64,000 bases of DNA from an uncultured Anaerolineales bacterium. Lineage in GTDB: Bacteria > Chloroflexota > Anaerolineae > UBA7937 > B3-Chlor. The stretch's first letter is position 1. Every line of letters begins with the position of its first letter. The notes below the pieces were generated by a model that searched no databases, was not told the DNA's origin, and was given only the letters and a program-made list of their open reading frames with translations. A program made the translations under genes and the position numbers. Location: NCBI GenBank assembly GCA_964433755.1, contig CAYSSR010000002.1, positions 81,419-145,418 of the forward strand, given 5' to 3'. This document shows positions 63,001-64,000 of the stretch, one piece after another.

Positions 63001-64000
63001 TTGGGCTTCGACGCCTCCTGGATGGCCCTCGCGGAGATCGATAACCAGTTGAGACCCTACGCCGACGTCAGGGTCTCCTCCCAGGGAGCGGAGCCTGGTG
63101 ATGGGTGGGAGTACGTCGAAGTCTTGTTTTGGCTGACAGTGGTCCCAGAGATGACACCTGCCGAGTTCGGCTACCAGATTGTGGACTGGTACTGCCCCAG
63201 TTACGGTAACGAGCCCACCATGTCCGCCGTTGACCTACATACTCCCTACACAGATCTGAACGACGCCGTGGACGATCTGGCCGATGCCCTCATGGCTGGT
63301 GCGGCCGCCCACCACGCCGACATCGCCACTGCCCGCGCCAACACTCAGGTCTTCTCAGACACCCACTACGTGGACCTCTACGACTTCGGCGACCAGCTCA
63401 ATGCCTACGTGAGCGATGCCGCGATCAACGCCGCTGCGACCGATGTCATGAACGCCGTGGAGGGAGCGGTGATCAACGAGTGCGGCTCGTCGATCTGGCC
63501 CGACGCCCACGGCATCAGCATCTACTTCCCGGAATCCGAGGAGGACTACGACGAAGACTACGACGGCTACCAGGGTCGGCTATTGTTCACCGCCGATCAC
63601 AAGTGGGACGAGTGGCTCCACGCCTTCTACACCATGGGCTCCATCGCTCCCTTCCCCTTCTACGACGGCTTCGAGTCAGGAACGCTGGGCCTGGGCTGGT
63701 CCACCTTCGTCACCAGTACCGGACGCGTCCGGGTGTGTAACCCACCCTTCGACTACGAGGGCGACTACGCACTGTGCCTCGACAACGAGTTCGAGCACGC
63801 CACCGATTCGATTGCCGCCACCATCCTGACCATCGACCTTAGCGGTCAGCCGGAGGTCTACCTGGACTTCTGGTGGAGGGACTGGTACGACACGACTCAG
63901 CCGCAGGATGGGGTGTTCTTCAGCGATGACTGGGGCCTCACCTGGCACCCAGCCTATCCCTTCGAGCTGGACCCGGTGAGCTGGTACGCCCACCGTATCA
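57001..64000 (+). CDS. Giant secreted multidomain protein, 3' end beyond the window (more than 2,333 codons)
   Basis: I translated the frame by hand from ATG 57001 (AGGAG 8 nt upstream, in-frame TAG at 56995-56997) to nt 64000 and found no stop. No track ORF uses this frame here, which fits an open-ended ORF being omitted. Conserved protein motifs stay in frame throughout. Confidence 0.85.
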   Translation, partial: MTRVSVSRKTCSRARTPLAVAVLAIVLLAAPVSVAQGPGLEITAESRVADHPPREALRADTGSTSQAAPLSSYLEAVAISDDYLEAILGHGFVSSHLEVLGLNERPDIPSLWSVIYRYSSGEHSVDLSVAVDHSTSPVDPSRIVVELSKMIGVPQEITIGKDLAEQLALERGVPGPYSTSLDLDWETRRLVWLVQNHDLVEPGTTKGFMVDAETGGLVPISVGAPPLPPPSSGPGTPADLGFISLADLDAGTEATPLDEGELGAGDVYINTVSWTTKLVRTENQSIEIWSYNGDSSSHTLYHYLTFHLPAGGTQYTEGDHISVSPGNWLVDTFTIGNGTAGIGIYTFDVGLWEEGYLWDTELDDQNGNKFYWIFDRPGGVSTNYYCDDTWHHPSNTTILETALNQVPGYTSASSAVNTLKSYVYYLVTYNVNFGERSSDLQVLSDPRGDCNDFSDLYTGLARAINVPTRVVSGSAYESSSDCDPNDGISTTLCGVYCSAVDYYWGHQWSESYYSSGTYGTTFHHVDPTWNDMENARAYLNTSCVSHVHASAYTECDDDYLDDCTRKADTLRQVNGWLNVTTTTDAGYDTSYWCPNDADDDGTCDTTDTDRDGDGIPDDSDAEPCVCNAPDEPTPSSPGDYSNTCDPRPLFIWSDVDRATSYHILVDDDFDFGSPVIDTTPLVSNYMPGFDMVPDTYYWKVAAANVCGDGAFSFPTWRFTVDEPAPSSSPTLQAPGDGTTTCDDMPYFNWTDVTGATSYHLEVDNDSDFLSPEIDATPSSSEYTVALPLDPGQYYWRVRGSNSCGDGPWSSPIWTLTVNAVPSSAPSLSEPGNGVSGCDPTPYFNWSDVDGATYYRIQVDNSSGFTSPEINTTSSVSEYTPVSGLDPDTYYWHVQGSNSCGDGPWSSPTWSFTISDPAPSTAPSLSEPGNGSSTCDDTPLFNWTDVSGATSYRIQVDNNSGFTSPEIDTTSSVSQYTPVSALDPDTYYWRVQGLNSCGDGPWSSPTWQFTINAAPSTAPTQSEPPNASGTCDSTPLFDWSVVGGATSYDIQVDNDSNFSSPEIDTDTSVSNYTPAAPLSPNLYFWRVRASNSCGDGPWSSPAWSVTVNQAAPTSAPSLSQPGNASSTCDDTPLFDWSDIGGATSYRIQVDNNSGFTSPEIDATPSVSNYTSSTGLAPDSYYWRVQASNGCGDGPWSSPWSFTVDPPAPSSAPTLYDPSNGTGTCDPTPGFDWSDVTRATSYRLQVDNDSGFGSPEISVTPSVSNYTPSSSLAPDTYYWRVQGYNSCGDGPWSSPVWSLTINQSAPSSAPTLYEPTNGLVTCDSTPYFDWFAVTGATSYRIQVDNDSGFGSPEINTTTSVSNYTPSSSLSPGTYYWRVQGYNGCGNGPWSSPTWSIIIDTPAPSSAPLLSLPTNGSGTCDSTPYSDWSTVTGATSYRIQVDNDPGFGSPEIDATPSASDYTAPSSLSPDTYYWRVQGHNDCGDGPWSSPWSFTVNDSAPGSAPTLSTPPDTSTTSDSTPYFDWSDVTGASSYRIQVDNDSDFGSPVIDTSPSASNYTPGSSLSDGTYHWHARASNGCGDGPWSSSWSFTVDTSTVVVGPLVYETHVSDDDDLGESSGNDNGVVDCGETIELLVTLFNEGTDTATGVSAAISESDPYVALVSNTTSGYPDIPGESTGTNTDDYDFTVDPDTPDAHVIHFDLDITASNGGPWSDSFDVTVSCGNSAPALSWTGETNYVSDGLHPESGGTSDDYEYRIQYSDADGDAPSYVRVHIKQDGAGIPGSPFTMACASGDYTTGVICQYTQSGLDEGSGYTYYFEAQDDQGNPATPTSELDAPDVSDGGLPKWTFLVYLNGDVSSATEDAAVDDFLEMSSIGSTSDVNIVVWFDPLGDTYTSDHTYEFYVTEDMTPDPANGIYLGEKNMSDPQTLVDFVQAGKANYPAEHYAVIIWDRGSELRRDPPEDTILGDICFDVNPFLSSYAMSMTELRNALSTITNDGAEPLDLLGFDASWMALAEIDNQLRPYADVRVSSQGAEPGDGWEYVEVLFWLTVVPEMTPAEFGYQIVDWYCPSYGNEPTMSAVDLHTPYTDLNDAVDDLADALMAGAAAHHADIATARANTQVFSDTHYVDLYDFGDQLNAYVSDAAINAAATDVMNAVEGAVINECGSSIWPDAHGISIYFPESEEDYDEDYDGYQGRLLFTADHKWDEWLHAFYTMGSIAPFPFYDGFESGTLGLGWSTFVTSTGRVRVCNPPFDYEGDYALCLDNEFEHATDSIAATILTIDLSGQPEVYLDFWWRDWYDTTQPQDGVFFSDDWGLTWHPAYPFELDPVSWYAHRI
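58893..61767 (+). repeat. Ten tandem in-frame coding repeats of 288/291 nt (96/97 aa) inside the giant ORF
   Basis: The (I/L)(Q/E/L)VD(N/D) codon block recurs at 58990, 59281, 59569, 59860, 60148, 60439, 60727, 61018, 61309 and 61597. Consensus: P..G....CD.TP.F.WSDV.GATSYRIQVDN.SGF.SPEID.T.S.S.YTP...L.PDTYYWRVQ..N.CGDGPWSSP.W.FT(V/I). Confidence 0.9.

Overview
This is a GC-rich bacterial chromosomal segment. The gene content (SpoVS homolog, NHLP-clan small protein, exosortase/EpsI, many near-consensus sigma70 promoters with TAGAAT-type -10 boxes) suggests a Chloroflexota-like organism, but that taxonomic call is inference only. I can support about 55 protein genes and 4 tRNAs: a Pro-TGG / Gly-TCC / Met-or-Ile2-CAT cluster, plus Gln-TTG. 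I saw no rRNA, CRISPR, transposase or integrase. Housekeeping genes (gyrB, uvrC, murI, dtd, cdd, tsaE-tsaB-rimI, maf, ResB/CcsA-like, W- and Mo-oxidoreductases) are interleaved with envelope functions. These include exosortase+EpsI, a Wzz / BY-kinase / RfbA-like / B12-radical-SAM / two small paralogs / RfbB operon, a possible GT-C membrane protein and a six-hairpin glycosidase. Three things deserve a second look. (1) An ORF of more than 2,333 codons (57001 to beyond the window end) is missing from the supplied ORF track. It encodes a secreted protein with a PepSY-like module, an apparently intact transglutaminase-like protease core, ten tandem 96/97-aa Cys-pair repeats, and a clostripain-like domain whose catalytic His and Cys both appear substituted. 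(2) A minus-strand module (4918-11034) runs from a STAND-ATPase/TPR/SARP regulator through a 40-codon ORF not in the track, a DUF5317-like membrane protein, an NHLP-like small protein, a CheY-like regulator and a REC-pseudoREC protein to SpoVS. The junction after the regulator combines an intrinsic terminator, a -10 box and an 11-bp-phased direct repeat. (3) A B12-binding radical SAM enzyme and two paralogous ~80-aa proteins are inserted between rfbA and rfbB. Many long track ORFs are antisense or alternate-frame artefacts of high GC content. All domain calls are by-eye motif recognition, with no searches run.
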